Below are positions 24,901 through 38,447 of a stretch of 54,330 bases of DNA, piece by piece. Each line of letters opens with the position of its first letter. The first letter of the stretch is position 1. Origin of the DNA: Chromera velia. Its lineage: Eukaryota. Location of the stretch: assembly GCA_018398765.1 (NCBI GenBank), contig JAHBMJ010000188.1, forward strand, positions 1-54,330, in the 5' to 3' direction. Below the pieces are notes generated by a model. That model searched no databases and had not been told where the DNA came from. It worked only from the letters and a program-made list of their open reading frames with translations. The position numbers and the translations under genes were made by a program.

Positions 24901-26269
24901 TTGTGTGTGCTATTCTCTTACGCGGACTCTCTCTTTTCTCGTATCTTTCATGTCGCTGCGTGCCAATACGCAATCTGTTCATATTCACAGAGAACCTCCA
25001 TTCCTCTTGTTGCAGCTCGCACGCACAAGCAGGTGGAAGACCTGTTGCGGTGCAATCGGATTCTTGAGGAGATGCAAAGGGAATTCAGAGAGAGAAAAGA
25101 AAACGATGGAGGCCTCTTTGCACCTATTCGGGCAGTGGTCGACAGCACGACGTTTCTGGAGGCTGCGGTGCGACATCAGGTCCTGAGGGATCCTTCCGAA
25201 ATCCTCGAACTGGCGGTCAGTGAGTGAGCTTCTCGGCATGCTTTACTCCTTCCTGTCTTCGTTCCTTCTTCTGATGCCTGTGTCCGTCGTTCTTGTCTCC
25301 TGGCCGACTCTGATCGCTTCTTCGCTCCCTCCTCTTCCTTCCCCTTCCTTCCGTCTGATGCGAAATAAATGAAAGGGACGATCGTGTTTGGAAACAGCCA
25401 AGGGAAGCCACTCTATTCTGTGCCTGCCTGCCTGTCTGTTCGTCGTCCGTCCGTTCACTGATTGTCTTCCTTCTTGCCTTCCCGCCTTCGTCGAATGGAC
25501 GCAGGTTTCTGACCAAGTGCTCTGGTTGGCCTCCACAAGGCAGCTGCGGCTTGGACACAGCGACCACGCGGTGTCTCTTCCTCTGTTGGGCTCTGCAAGC
25601 GGGAAGGCGGAAGGCCTCCTGTCTCACGGGTGAGTTGATCTCTCTATCTGCCCGTGACTGGGTGAAGGGACCAGTCTAGTCAGTTAATGGAGATAGGTAC
25701 GCGTGCATTTGTCTCTCTCAGAATGGGAAAGGTTTTCTCCTCAGGGGTGGAAGAAGCCTGGGGGGGATTTACTGTAAAATGTTTGCATCCCTAGAAAGCA
25801 GGGGGGGCGGCATGGAGGAAAGAAGTGCAATGAAGTCAATGTCTCCGTTCTTCTGGACAGTTGCAGCTGCGTATGTGGTCTCGCTCTGTCTCTCATGAAA
25901 TCTTTCTTCCGCGCTCTCTCTCTGGACGGTCTTGGTCCTCTCTTGCAGGCTGTCAGATAGTGAGGAGGATGGCGAGGATGGCGGCGAGTCCATGGACATT
26001 GGGAGCCAGATGGAGAGGGCACGAGACCTGGAGGACCTAGACGAGGGAAAGAGAAGGGCTGCTCTACTGCAAGAAGAGAATTCATTCGTCGAGGAAGAAG
26101 ATACATCCAGCGGTCGGTCGGTCGGTCGGTCGGTTGTTTTCTTCCCCCCTTCCTTTCTTCCTTTCTTCCTTCCTTTCTTCCTTTCTTTCTTTCTTTCTTT
26201 TTTTCTTTCATTCGTTCATTCTTTCTTTCTTTCTTTCATTTTTTCATTCTTCCATTCTTTCATTCTTTC

Positions 26270-26301
<32 letters not shown>

Positions 26302-26391
26302 CTTCCTGCCTTCTTCCTTCCTGCCTTCCTTCCTTCATTTCTTTCTTTCTTTTTTTTTTTTTTTTCTTTCTTTCTTTCTTCCTTTTTTTTT

Positions 26392-26423
<32 letters not shown>

Positions 26424-26813
26424 TTTCTTTCCTTTCTTCCTGCCTTCTTCCTTCCTTCCTTCCTTCCTTCCATCATTTCTTTCTTTCTTCCTTTCCTTCC
26501 TGCCTTCCTTCCTTCCTTCATTTCTTTCTTTCTTCCTTTCCTTCCTGCCTTCTTCCTTCCTTCCTCTTTCCTTCCTTCCTCTTTCCTTCCTTCCTCTTTC
26601 CTTCCTTCCTCTTTCCTTCCTTCCTTTCTTCCTTCCCTCCTTCATTTCTTTCTTTCTTTCTTTCTTTCTTGCTTTCGTTATTCAGCGATTTGCTTGTGTG
26701 TTGGCTTGTTTATTTCTGTCTGTTTGGCTGTCTGTCTGTCTGCAAAGAAGGGCCGCAGGGTACGCTTAAGGCCTGGAGCTCTGGTACCCTTCCACGGAGA
26801 GAGCGCGCCAAAA

Positions 26814-26844
<31 letters not shown>

Positions 26845-29132
26845 CAGAAGAGAATGAAGAAGGAGAAAATGGGAAAGGAAAGACGATATACTCTGTCTGT
26901 CTGTCTGATTCTTTCCCCCTTTTATGTCTGGTGTGTTCATGAAGAGAAGGAGGGCCGGAAAAGAAGGAACTGCATGCATGGTCTTTCTGTTTGGGGTTTC
27001 ATGCATTTTGAGAACACGTGTATCGATGTCGATGTCTGCATTTCTGTTGTTTGCCTCTCAACAACGTGGGTGGATGGGGTTGGTGGCAAGGGAAAAACGA
27101 AAACATCAGGGAGAAATGAAAAAATAACGAACACTCTTGAGGGAACGAAAGTTTGCTGGGTCTATCAGCATCAGGGACAGAGCATTTATGTTCCAATTTC
27201 GGATTTTCCTTGTCTACCTTGTCTCTCCTGCGCTTCTTTGAGTACAAAGCGCTCCTTTGTGGCCATCTGCTTGCCTGCTTTATATTTTTTGTTCTTTCCC
27301 AAACGACGTGTTTGAATGATCGATACAACTTGCAGCGGTTGTGACTGAGGATGAAATTGTGTCGATGGGACTGAAGGAGGACGAGAGAGACGAGTTGGCG
27401 TTGTTGGAATTCAGAGGGGCTATCCGCAGAGACGAGGTGACGGGCAAACTGATTAATCCATACACAGGAGGTAAGTATCTTGTTTGTTTCTTTTCTGGTA
27501 TTTTCTTCCGTCTCCCTTTTCCCTCTTCACACCAGAATGGCCGGCCTGTCTCTTCCGCACCTGTATGTAAGGTTGTGAATCTGTGTGGCTGTCTGTATTT
27601 AGGTCGGTTGATTGGTTTTTTCACTTCTTCTCGGTCTCTGCTGAAAGTCTGGCATCTACCTGGCGGCTCTTCGTTTTGAAGTCACTCTGGTACCTGCAGT
27701 CTTTCCCTGTCAGTCTGCTTCCTGATGTTTGACTCTGTGAGTCAATCAGTAGACGCTGGAGGGACCATTTCTTTGTGTTTCTTTTTGTTGCGCTTCATAT
27801 CTATGTGTGATTCCTCAAAAGCACAATGGGCCCATCCGTCTGATTGACTCACTGACTGCAGAGAGTGTGGATTCTCTGAAGCCGCTCCTGGAGGAACTTG
27901 CTGATGCCAGATGGAGGAGGGAAGAGGCATTGCGGATGAAGCAGGAGGAAGAAGGTGGGTGTGTGGGTTGTGCCAGCCTCCCTGTCTGCCAGTTCGCCTT
28001 TCTGTTTGGGAAAGAATCGAACCAGAGCAGTATTATGTCGTTTTGTTCAGCTTTCTGTTATGTGTGTCGCTTCGTCACTTTTGTCCAACGGTCTCGAATG
28101 AGTGGAGAAAAGAAACAAAAATGTGAAAATGTAGACACGTGCATGAAGAAACACACGCACATCCCTTCTTTCTGTTTTCTTTACACCATCAATCTTTCCT
28201 CCTTCATTCATGGCTGTGTGTGAGGGAAATCAAATGTGTTTGAAGACCACTCGTTGTTCCCTAGCCATTTGCCGGGTTCCTGTCCTTTGCTCTCCCTGCT
28301 CATTGCATTTCAATGAAATTCAGTTCAAACAATCTTACTGGGATGCATGAATGCAGACCGAGCCCACCTGGAGGTTCTCGAGGGCACCCCGTGGGAAGGC
28401 CAATTCGATGCAATGGAATTGGCAGTCAGTCTTCTGCTGTTTTTTGGGTGAAGGGGCGCAGGGTTGTGGTTTGCAAGTTTTGATTGGCATATACATGCGA
28501 ATTGATCTGAAAGGGGGGGAGGAGGAATTGGGGAGAAGCGGCAAAAGTGACGGGGAGGAAGAGAGGGAGGAAGCGAAGTGGAAGTAAAAGGATGGAGAGG
28601 ACCCGCCACAATATGGTCTGACCTTCTGTCGGTTGGTTTGTCACAGATGGAAAGGCAAACAGCCTCTTCCATCCTTTGTGTTTGTTCTCTCCTGATTAGT
28701 CTCCACCTCTCCTTGGTTGATTGCAGGACTTTGAGATCATGTCCCTCCCCTTCAGAGAAATGTATGATCAAGTGGAGAAGGACAGAGACGGATATCCTGT
28801 CCATCACCTAAAACGAAGTCAGTCCACCATGGACTGGGAGTCTGTTCCTCTCTTTTTCTTTCAATTTGTGCACTTTTGACCTTTTTTGGTCCAATTTCAT
28901 CATGCAGCCTCTGTACGTTTTTGTAGCCGGGGGTTCTTTCTTTTACATCGCTCTCTGCCTGACTGTTCGTGAGAATGACTCTTCGTTTGGAGATTAAAAA
29001 GCAGACTTCTGACTCTCTGTACGTTTTTTGTTGTCGTCTTGCTACAGTACCAGGAGAGATTCAAGAGAAATGGACTGACAGTAAAGAGAGATTGTGATCA
29101 CATTGTTTTCTTCCTTTCTGTCTGTCTGTCTC

Positions 29133-29163
<31 letters not shown>

Positions 29164-32100
29164 TTCTTTCTTTCTTTCTTTCTTTCTTTTTCTCTCTCTT
29201 TCTACCCCATTCCAACCCTTCTCCCCCCTGCAGGACCGATTACTGAGCTCACTTCCTTTTTGGGATACTGCGCTGAGGTCTCTGTCGAACAGTACGGGCG
29301 GTTTCTGACGGTCAGTCGGGAAGAATGCAGGGTCGTTGTGTGTCTCGATTAGAAATTGAACAGATGAAAAGAAGTGCATTTATTCCTGAAGGAGAAAAGA
29401 GAGGGGTGCTCTTGCAGTGGGGGAGAGAGGGGAGAGCACAGTGGAGACCGGCGGCGGGCAGTCAGGAAAGCGAATGGCCAAAGAAGGCAGAATTTTCTTC
29501 TTCTTTTTGTGAAGGCTCAATCAAGCTCAAACTCAACAAGGGGGGGAAGGCAGCAGGCATTGCGAATTCAGTGGTGAATTTTCTTTCACCTGCTGTCTGG
29601 GAACCAACGATAGTTTCTGCTTGTTCTTCCCTGCCTCTTTCTCCCCTAGTATCTGCTTACTTACTGAGCAATCCGTCTATCTTGTGTTTTCTCTCTCGTA
29701 CATCTGATTTCTCTGTGCAGCGCAAAGCAGAACAACAACGAGAAGCTCTCTTCGAAAAGCAGGAGATGAGAGCGACCTCCTTCAAGGAATACGACAAAGT
29801 GATGAATAGACAGATCAGAGAACTGGACAAGGGAACTCAGCCACGCCCAATGTCCGGTCAGTGACTGGTCTACCTGTGGGTTGATTAGTTCAACCTGCCT
29901 GCCTGCATTTCTGAGCTTCCATTGAAGTTTCGTCCCATGGGGCGTGCCTGCCTCCCTCTGACTCATTTGCCTAACGCTCCAAGTGAGCTGGGAAAGAGTC
30001 CATCTAGTTGGCTTCTTTTCTTACTTTGCCTTCTCAGGCCGTACTGTTGTCTTCCCAGCCCAGTCACATCGTGTCTCGCTTGTTCTGCGTGTGTAAGTGT
30101 GTGTGAGAGAGAGAGGAGGAGAGAGAGATCACTTCCGTGATTCTTCCTGCAGATGAAGACTTTGAGGAGGCGATGCTCGAAGGTCTGTCCCGGGAGGCAA
30201 AGGAGGAGACTTCTAAGCTTGTTGAGAAAATTCGAACCCAGGGAGAGACCACATCAGACCCTCGCAAGCTCAGCGAATCATTTGAGGGGAAGGACAAACA
30301 GATGATTGAAGACATCCTGCCTCCCTCTTTGGATTTCGACCTGGACTCACAGCTAGCCTCGGGGGAAGAGGAGGATGAAGAGGAAGAAGAAGGGGGACAG
30401 TGGCAAGCAAAAGAAGCAACCTCGCAGACAGCTACAGTGCCAGTTTTAGAGCAACAGACAGGCACCAAGGACGTCCGCGTAGAAAAGGAGCAGTCTGTCT
30501 CTGCCTCTGCTCCTATCCGTGGAGGTGAAGCGGCAGGTGAAGAAGGAGAGGGACCTGAGGCGGAAGACGGTCGGGTAGACGTGGCGGCAGAGGGCGACCT
30601 CCGTGCCTCCCCCCCTCGATCCGGGGTGGCACAAGAAGGGGATGAGGTGAAGAGGGAGCACAGAAAGGAGGGAGGGATGGGGGAGAGGAGTGATACTCAG
30701 GTCTCCTCTTCTCCTGCTTCTCCGTCTCCTTCTCCGTACAGAGAGACAGATGAAGTTCGACTGATTACGCCTAGGGACTACTTGGAAGGTCGGAAGAGCA
30801 AGAGGGGGCCGAGTAAGGGCGTCTCTGTTGTGCCCGTCAAGGCACGTCATTTCGGAGCTGCTCTTCCAGGCACCGACCCTTTTGGGAAGGTCGGGAGGCA
30901 CACGTACCGGGTGATCCGGGTCGATGGGAAGGTGATGAAGGTGCGGGAGGATGGGGCACCCGGGGGGGGACAAGGGGGGGCATCGAAGGTCAAACCTGCC
31001 GAGGCTGTCGACGCTGAGGTGAGTTTGTACTTTGGTGTGAGAGCGTCTGTGTGTGTGCAGAGGGCGGTGGGGTATTTTTTTTCTTCTCACTTCGACCTTT
31101 CCCTCCTTGCCGCGTTGTTCCTTCCTCTCGTGTTCACCTTGCATGTCCCTGAGGATGACTTTCGGGGTTTGTTTCTCTCACGTCATGGACGCACGAAAGG
31201 CCGCACCCCCTTTTTCCTCTTGTTTGTCTGCCTGCCTGCCCGCAGGTGATTCGTGTTCTGAACGAGGCGGGTACCCTTGAGGAGATGCTGGTCGTCGACG
31301 GCGTTGTGCTGAGGCGGGTGACAGCAAAGGACCCAAACCGGGTCCAGCAGGTTGCTGTGGCACCTGAAGTTTTGAAGAAGGCGTTGGAGAGCGAGGAAGA
31401 GAGAACCAAGACCACGTTCGCCCTCCAGTCAGACAAGCAGGACCCCACAGCACCGAGACGCCTCGTGAAGCTTGAACAAACTCCGTGGGGAAATTCCAAT
31501 GCCGCCATTCCTTCCGCTCCCACGTTGACCTTCGCGTCATCAAATCCTGGAGGTTTGGCCTCTGATTCCGCTCTGGAGGAAGGTAGTTCTCAGACAATAG
31601 CGAAAATTCGAGCCCGATCCAATTTTGCAGTCTTTCAGCAGAGACTTCTTGCAAAAAGGGGAGCGAAGGACTCAGAGAGAGCAAAGTCGGCCCAGGCCCT
31701 CGTCAAGGAAGCCCTTTCGGATCGTCAAGAGCTGTTGGGAGCATTCGATGAATTTCCTGTTGACGACATCGGAGAGCTCCGCTTCGACATGACCGCTCTG
31801 AAGGGACGCACCCCTGCGGCACCGGCCTCTGAAAGGCTACCACAGAACAATCAGCAGCAGAAAATGAGTCAACAGCTAAATGACAGAATCTCAGCAGCAA
31901 GAAAAGACCCAGAGGGTGAGGTGTCTTTTTTGGTCCCCGGTAGTGCCACAGAGCTGTCCGCTCACGCCCGCCGGCAGAGGGTCTCAAGGCATAACAAGAA
32001 CCTGCTGCCGTTCGCCTCTCTACCGTCTTGGCAGGTCAGAGTGAAATGTGGATGAAGGAAAAGAGGACGTACGTCAATTTCGGCGCTTTGTTGCGGCCTC

Positions 32101-35100
32101 GCGTCTGTCTATTCGCCTGCCTCGTCTTCGCGTCTCTCTCGAGCCTGTTGTTTGTTGCTCTCTTTAAGATTGTCTGTCTGTCGAACAGTCCATCACTTTC
32201 TTTTCTTTTCTACCCGCCCACCACCGAGGACAGCAAGGCAGGAAAAAAAAAGAGAGAATTCCCCACACATTCAGATAAGAACTGCATGTATTCTTTTTCC
32301 TCGTTCTTCCCCGGCCCTGCCGTTTTATTCTCCCAAATCTCTGCGCAGCGCCCATCCAGTTCTCCAACTTGCACTCATTTCTTCATTCGTCACCCTGCTC
32401 ATGCACTCCATCTTCATGCATGACACCTCATTGACCTTTCATCCCCTCCCCTCCCTGCAGACTCTCGCACAGACCCGGTCCAGGGCCCGTTTGCATGCAT
32501 TGCCGCGACTCCAAGAGATGGAGACCGAGGCGGGGGAGAGAAGCCGAGAGGAGGTTGATGGTGCAGCATTGTTGAGGCATGCAGAAGGGGAGACAAAGGA
32601 AGACGCAGAAAAAGGAGACGAGGGAGCTGAGACAGCCCACAAGGCAAAGGAAAGCGAAAGAGAAGAGGAACGCAGGCCTCCCCGAGTGCGGGCGCAGGAA
32701 CGAAACGCGGCTAGGAGAAGAGGTCAGGGGTGGGGGGGGGCGGGGTGAGGGGGGATTGGTGAGTAGAATGAAGCTGTCTTTCTTCGTCACTTTGCACTCG
32801 TCTGCTTCGAATACCTCTCTGTGATCCTTCTTTCATCTGGTTGAGTCTCTCTTTTTTCTTCCTTTCGCTAGTTGCTCGTTGCTGCATTCACGTTCACTGC
32901 CTTTCTTCGTGCCTCTGCGTGCGGGTATGCGTATGTGCATGTGTATGGTGTGTGCGTGTGAGTGTGTGTGTGAGTGTGAGTAAGAGAGAGAGAGAGAGAA
33001 AGACGGAGAGAGACAGAAAGAGTGCATGTGTGTGTGTGATGTTTGCAGATGACCGACGAAGAGATCGACTGGCTGCTGCTGCTGCGGCCTCACGGAGGAG
33101 TCTGGAAGCGACGGGGGAGGAGGGGGAAGAGGGAGAGGGAGAGGGGGAGGAGGGTGACAAGAATTTAGTAACAGACGGATCTGACGGTCAGTCAAAGGAG
33201 GTACATTCCTGCCAACGCTTGTCGATCTTCTTGTCCTCTCACCAAATGTTCTTTTTCGTTTGACAGGAGAGCACAACCCTGTCTGAGAAGGAGGCGGCTG
33301 GAGACTTGCGTGTACCGACCGGTCAATGCTGAGATCGATGCAGAACTGAATGCCTGCCTCTCTTCTCTTTTTCGCTTTCCCTTCTCTCGCAGGGTTCATG
33401 ACTTTTGAGGAGATCCAGGCAGACCTCGAGAACTTTCTTGATCCTCATGGAGGACTCAGCGAAGAGGGGCGGCGGTATGGAGTGGAATGTGGGTTATTAT
33501 TCATTTGGCTCTTTCTCTTACTTTCCTTCTCTCTTTTGTTTGCTTAGTGAGGCGTTCAAGCGTACTGCAAAAAAGCCACAAACTTTGTCAGATAGTCATG
33601 ACGGCAGTCAGTTCATGGGTGGGAAAGATGTTCAGCCAAGTGGTTTACAAAAATCCTGAATGTCAAGGAAAGGAAGTCCGCTGACAAGAGGATCAAACAA
33701 TCTTCATGACTCTTTGGCTATCCCGGCTTTTCTGTACAACGAACGGTTCGTGAAGCCACGACACGGCGTTCTTTTCCGGGCAGAAGAAAACTTAATTTCT
33801 CTGTTTTCTTGAACACGTGGATCTGCTTGTTCTAGTTGGGATGTTCCATTTGAATAAAAGCTGATGGGCAGAGACGGAGAGTGAGGTTTCTTTTGTTTCT
33901 TTTTGCAACGCGCAAAGCTGTGTGGTCTCCTCCTTCTGAGACTGCTTGCAGACGACAGGGGACAACGGATAGAGAGTGCGGATGCAGCCCTTGAGGCTCT
34001 GGACGCAGTGCAGAGGAGACGGGCGTCGGCAGGAGAGTTCAAGTACAAGTATGAAGACGCAGAGGAGGGGGCGGAGAGCGATAGTCAGGGGGATCTGGCA
34101 GGAGAGGGGGGGAGACAGAGACAGAGACGAAGCATAGGAAGGGAAGAACAGGAGCAAGAAGATTCCCTGGAGGAGTCCGGTCGCTTCGCTGAAGAGGGGG
34201 AAGAAGATGAAGAAGAGTATGGGGAGGAGATGGAATATGAAAAAGACGGAGATGAAGAGGGGATGGAATATGAAGAAGACGGAGAAGAGTATGGGGAGGA
34301 GATGGAATATGAAGAAGACGGAAATGAAGAGGGGATGGAATATGAAGAAGGCGGACATGAAGAGGAGATGGAATATGAAGAAGACGGAGAAGAGTATGGG
34401 GAGGAGATGGAATATGAAGAAGACGGAGATGAAGAGGAGATGGAATATGAAGAAGACGGAGAAGAGTATGGGGAGGAGATGGAATATGAAGAAGACGGAA
34501 ATGAAGAGGGGATGGAATATGAAAAAGACGGAGATGGACAGGAGATGGAATATGAAGAGGATAAGGGTGAGGAGGAGGAGGAGGGGGAGGAGGACGAAGA
34601 GGAAGAGGGGTACTGCCAGACGTCGGAGGAAGAGGAGGACATCGATGCAGAGTACGAAGCGATGCTTGCGGGGGTTGACCCTGAAGTTCGTGAGCAGCTG
34701 CTGCAAGAGGATCCTGATGTAGTCAAACAGATTCTCCGAGCAGTCGACTGGGATAAACTTGACACGTTTCTTGAGGGGCTCACCCCAGAGCAACAGGAAG
34801 AGTTCTGGCAGGGTCCTGACGGGGGTGTGGACGGTGGTGGTTTTGAAGAATCAGAGGAAGAAGAGGAAAGGGAAAAGGACGAAGATCGCATTGTGAAATT
34901 TGCGGGAGATGCACCAAATGACAATGGTAAAGGAGATCAGGACCAGGTTGGAAATTCTTTGTGGCCTTACTCGGCTGCTGCCACGAGTGACACAGAGTTC
35001 GAGGAGGAGGAGGAAGATGTCGATTTGAGTTACCGTGCAAGTGCGGTGATGCTGGAGATGGACAGGAAACGGGAAGAGAGAAGAAACCGTTGGTGTGAGC

Positions 35101-35426
35101 TCGTGAGCCTGATGCCGGATCATGACCCTGAGGAGGTGGAGGATGGGGAAGGGGGGAGGGAGGAGGGGGAGAGCTTAAACGAAGAGTGGGGGGACGAGGA
35201 AATTGCAGAGGAGGGAGGTGAGGATTCTTCGGACGGTTTTCTGGCAGAGTCTGAACAGCTCGGCCTGCCAGATGAACGTGAAGCGTCTGAACTGGAAAGT
35301 TTAGAGGGGGCTGTTGGGGAAGGAGTACGGGGTGTATCACGTGGAAAAGATGAAGAAAGAAGAAAGTCAGACAGAGACGACCAGGAAGGGGAAGCGCTCG
35401 ATGAAAAAATTTTCGTTTTTGAATGA
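21502..35426 (+). CDS. Large (~1,900 aa, ~20 exons) plastid-targeted protein of unknown function with acidic repetitive C-terminus
   Basis: Signal peptide ending VAA|F plus an Arg-rich transit peptide. Phase-consistent exon chain starting at about 21502, 22015, 22534, 22929, 23503, 23894, 24266, 25016, 25505, 25949, 27336, 27862, 29234, 29721, 30152, 31246, 32461, 33049, 33393, ~33941. No domain recognised. The last acceptor is uncertain. Confidence 0.75.
26135..26670. repeat. ~530-bp polypyrimidine (CTTT/CTTC)n tract in an intron
   Basis: Seen directly. Confidence 0.95.
26747..26858 (+). repeat. Short dispersed repeat (SINE/LINE-3'-end-like), copy 1, intronic
   Basis: GAAGGGCCGCAGGGTACG..AAGGCCTGGAGCTCTGGTACCCTTCCAC..GAGAGCGCGC followed by a (GAAA)n tail. 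Near-identical to 50374-50466. Confidence 0.75.
34200..34560 (+). repeat. Coding tandem repeat ([13 protein letters not shown] / [11 protein letters not shown] units)
   Basis: About ten copies of the GATGGAATATGAA core, in frame within the last exon. Confidence 0.9.
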
Positions 35427-36455
35427 AGTCTGGGATATATTGTTGCATGAAAGGCACCGAGTGTTGCTGAAAGGTTTATAAGTGATGTATTGTCATAATA
35501 TTCATCACTCAGGCTGGTAAGAGTCGTAACGCTAGTCGTAACGATAGAGTACAGTCCGAATCTGATGAATCACTGGCATATTGGCCTGCCAGGCTGCAGT
35601 CGTTTGTGTGTCAGAGCTGATCGATCCGATTCGATCGTAGACATCAATTCTGTTGTTACCAGTGTTGTACCTTAAAGTTTATTGATATACTGTATAAAAG
35701 TTTTAGTATCTTCATATAGTAACTATAGTTTTAGAACGGTACATAAAATTGATATCTCTTAATAGACTTTTATAAGCTACAGACTTAGAACTTACAGTCT
35801 GCTAAGGCTCTGTTGAAGTCTGCCCCAGTCAAGACTCAAGAAGCTAGGAGCTTAACAAGTTAAATTTAGTTAAATTTAATGGTCCAATATATAGGTCCAG
35901 TAAATGGTTCAAATTGCAAACTCTAGTGTAAACTGCATGATACAACAATGACCGTTACCGAGTGAGGCTCCGATGATCATTAAATTAACGATTATTTAAC
36001 AATCTGCCCAACTAGCTGCCCAAGACCACCTTGGATATCGTGACTTACCGAACTTGAACGCTAAACGCTTATTATCCTATGTTTAATATGCTATAGGCTG
36101 ATGGTAATAATGTATGATGATGTCAGTGATGATCGATTATTCCCTATATCTCCGAGTCTGTAACTGGTTGTACAGAGATCAAGTTATACTTATACATTGA
36201 CTAGTATATCGAAACCTAGTCAGAAGTTTAACTCAAACCCGTAAGTCAAAACCACACTTTAAGTGACACTTACACTTAAATTTTTGTATGAATTCCTTTG
36301 CATTACTGCTTTAAATTCCTCTCAATTATAGTTTCAATTCCTAGGTTTTTGCAGGATAATTACTAATTAATATACCGATAATGATATGACCGATCTCATG
36401 TTTTATAACATTGAACAAGTTGGAGAACAATTAGGTTGCCATTGAACTTGCCAAA

Positions 36456-38447
36456 TTAGCTTGTGTGCTTCAGCCTTGCTGCAAGGGCTTTCCCATTACT
36501 GCTGGCTCGCTGCTTGGCCTTCGCTTGGATCTCTTGCAGACGTTTTTGCACCTGGACTGCCGAGCTTGGCTTGGACCCCCCAAGCTTGGTCAACTGCGTG
36601 CCTGGGCGAATCCCCAACTGTCTGTACGCATCCCGAAGTTTCTCTGAGGCCTCCCTCGGCTTCTTGCTCGGGGGAGGGGCGACACTTCGTTCGTCCCCCC
36701 CATGCTGCGATGGCAGGAGGGGGTCCTGGGAAGTCATCGAAGTTCTCGAAGAGACGGAAAGCGAATCCGCCCCACGCTTTCTGCCCCTCCCCTCCTCATG
36801 CTCTTTCTCTATGTGTTTCCTCGCAGCCGACCCCCTCTGACTGGAACCAGCAGGAGAAGAAGGGAAAATGGAGGCTGAGGAAGAGGACAGGCCCTTTGCA
36901 ATCTTGCGAGTTGCTCTTTCTAACCGGTTGGGTCTCTGGAGAAATCGAACAGCTGAGGCCTCCTCTCGATCTTCCTGACTCTCCTCAACAAGCGGCACGG
37001 CAAAGTTTTTCGGTTTCCTTTCCTCCTCCTCTTTCTTCTGCAGTTCTTTTTTCTCTTTACGGAAAGCCTTCCTGAGGTAACTGTTGGCAGCATACGAGTC
37101 TGCCCTGTCTTCGTTGAACTCTATGAGGTCCTGCAGGGTCCCCCTGGAGGCGGCCAGTCTCTCCGCAGACTCCTGCTGCTTGTCCAGTTTGTACATTGGG
37201 TCGTTCTGCACACAATCAAAGGGCACACGACAAAGCAGGAAGGACAAACAGAGAAGAAATTAGTCAGGTCGTTCTTCACGCACAGAGAGAGAAACACCGA
37301 CAGAGTGACAGATTCTCAGATACATAGAGTCTTTTACTCACACACGCACACACGCCGTACGCGCCCGTACTTGGAGCCTCGGCGACTCACACCACTTCAT
37401 TAATCTTCCTGACTGTTCCGAACAACCCCACAAAAAGCGCTCTCTCGTCTTGCAGAATATGCATGGATGCGAGAAACTGTAATTCTCTGTTCAGATGGAC
37501 AAGTAAACAAACGCACAACTTAGATGCAAGAAGAGAGACCCAAAGGCTGAACTCTGAGACACGAGGCAGGGAGTGGGTGGGAGAAGGGATGGAACGGCAG
37601 CCAGCAAGTGCACGGAAGAAAAGGGCGATAATGAGGATCGAGGTGAGGCCACTCGCTCCATGGAACTTAAAAATCAAGAGAATAAAGAAGAGAGAAAGAT
37701 TTATCTGGTTGAGATGCACAGGCACTGAGCACACAAAGGGGACAGTCCGATGATTACCGCTGTACAAACGCATAGCAGACACGGACACGTTGCATGAATA
37801 GGAACTGTGGGTGACTAAGAAAATTGGGTCACACTGTCCGACCCTGATACCAGAAAGAGAAGGAGAAACACTATTCGCCCTGGGGCCTCGACTCGAACTG
37901 ATCTTTGGAGTGCTCATCTGGACACTCTCACAGCACGAGGATCAACCACTATAGGCAATCTTCAGTCAAACAAAGAGCCTGTGTGTGAACAAATGACTGC
38001 ACTGACCTTTCGCTTCTGAATCTCTTCAGGTTCCTGTATCTCGACTGTGCCCTCTTGGTCCTTGGCGTCCCACTCGGAGATCTTCTTCCTCAGTCCGGAG
38101 ATGCACAGGTACTCACAGGTCTTGGGGTCGGTCCGGATAACGAACCTCTGGGGGCACCTGTGGCACTTCATCGCAAACTCCCAGATTTTCGTGGTGAAGT
38201 AGTTCCCCACACACTTCTTGTCAGCATCAAAGCGCACGCCCTGATCGACGTAACACCCACAGCCCTTGCAGATGGTCTTGAAGGGCATCTCAAAGCGAAT
38301 GACGAGGATCCCCTCATGGATTCTCTTTGCGCGAATACCAAGAGGATGAGATCCGTGAAACTTGTCAAGCGACCCATGTTTCTTAGGGTTATACTCCGGA
38401 GGCATGAAGTAGCCATCCGCCCTGGAGGCTTTCAGAGAGAGTGCCAT
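36456..38447 (-). CDS. CCDC130: CWC16/YJU2-family splicing factor, CCDC130 (YJU2B) type, 2 exons
   Basis: Exons 38447-38007 and 37205-36456. Motifs: PPEYNPKKHGSL..HPLG.RA..GILVIRFEMPF..CKGC..GVRF.A.KK..GNYFTTKIWEF.MKCHRC..IRTDPK..Y, then NDPMYKL and DSYAANSYLRKAFR. Confidence 0.93.

Noticed and set aside
25932..26942. 336-aa Phe/Leu/Ser-rich ORF and antisense Lys/Glu/Arg ORFs
   Set aside because: A short real exon reads through into an intronic polypyrimidine tract.
33792..35457. Long minus-strand ORFs, and the periodic repeat as a possible CRISPR array
   Set aside because: They are shadows of the Glu-rich exon. The repeat has no unique spacers and is in-frame coding sequence.
35430..36450. 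AT-rich intergenic block as a discrete TE
   Set aside because: No TIR, TSD or coding remnant found. Probably decayed repeat, but unsupported.
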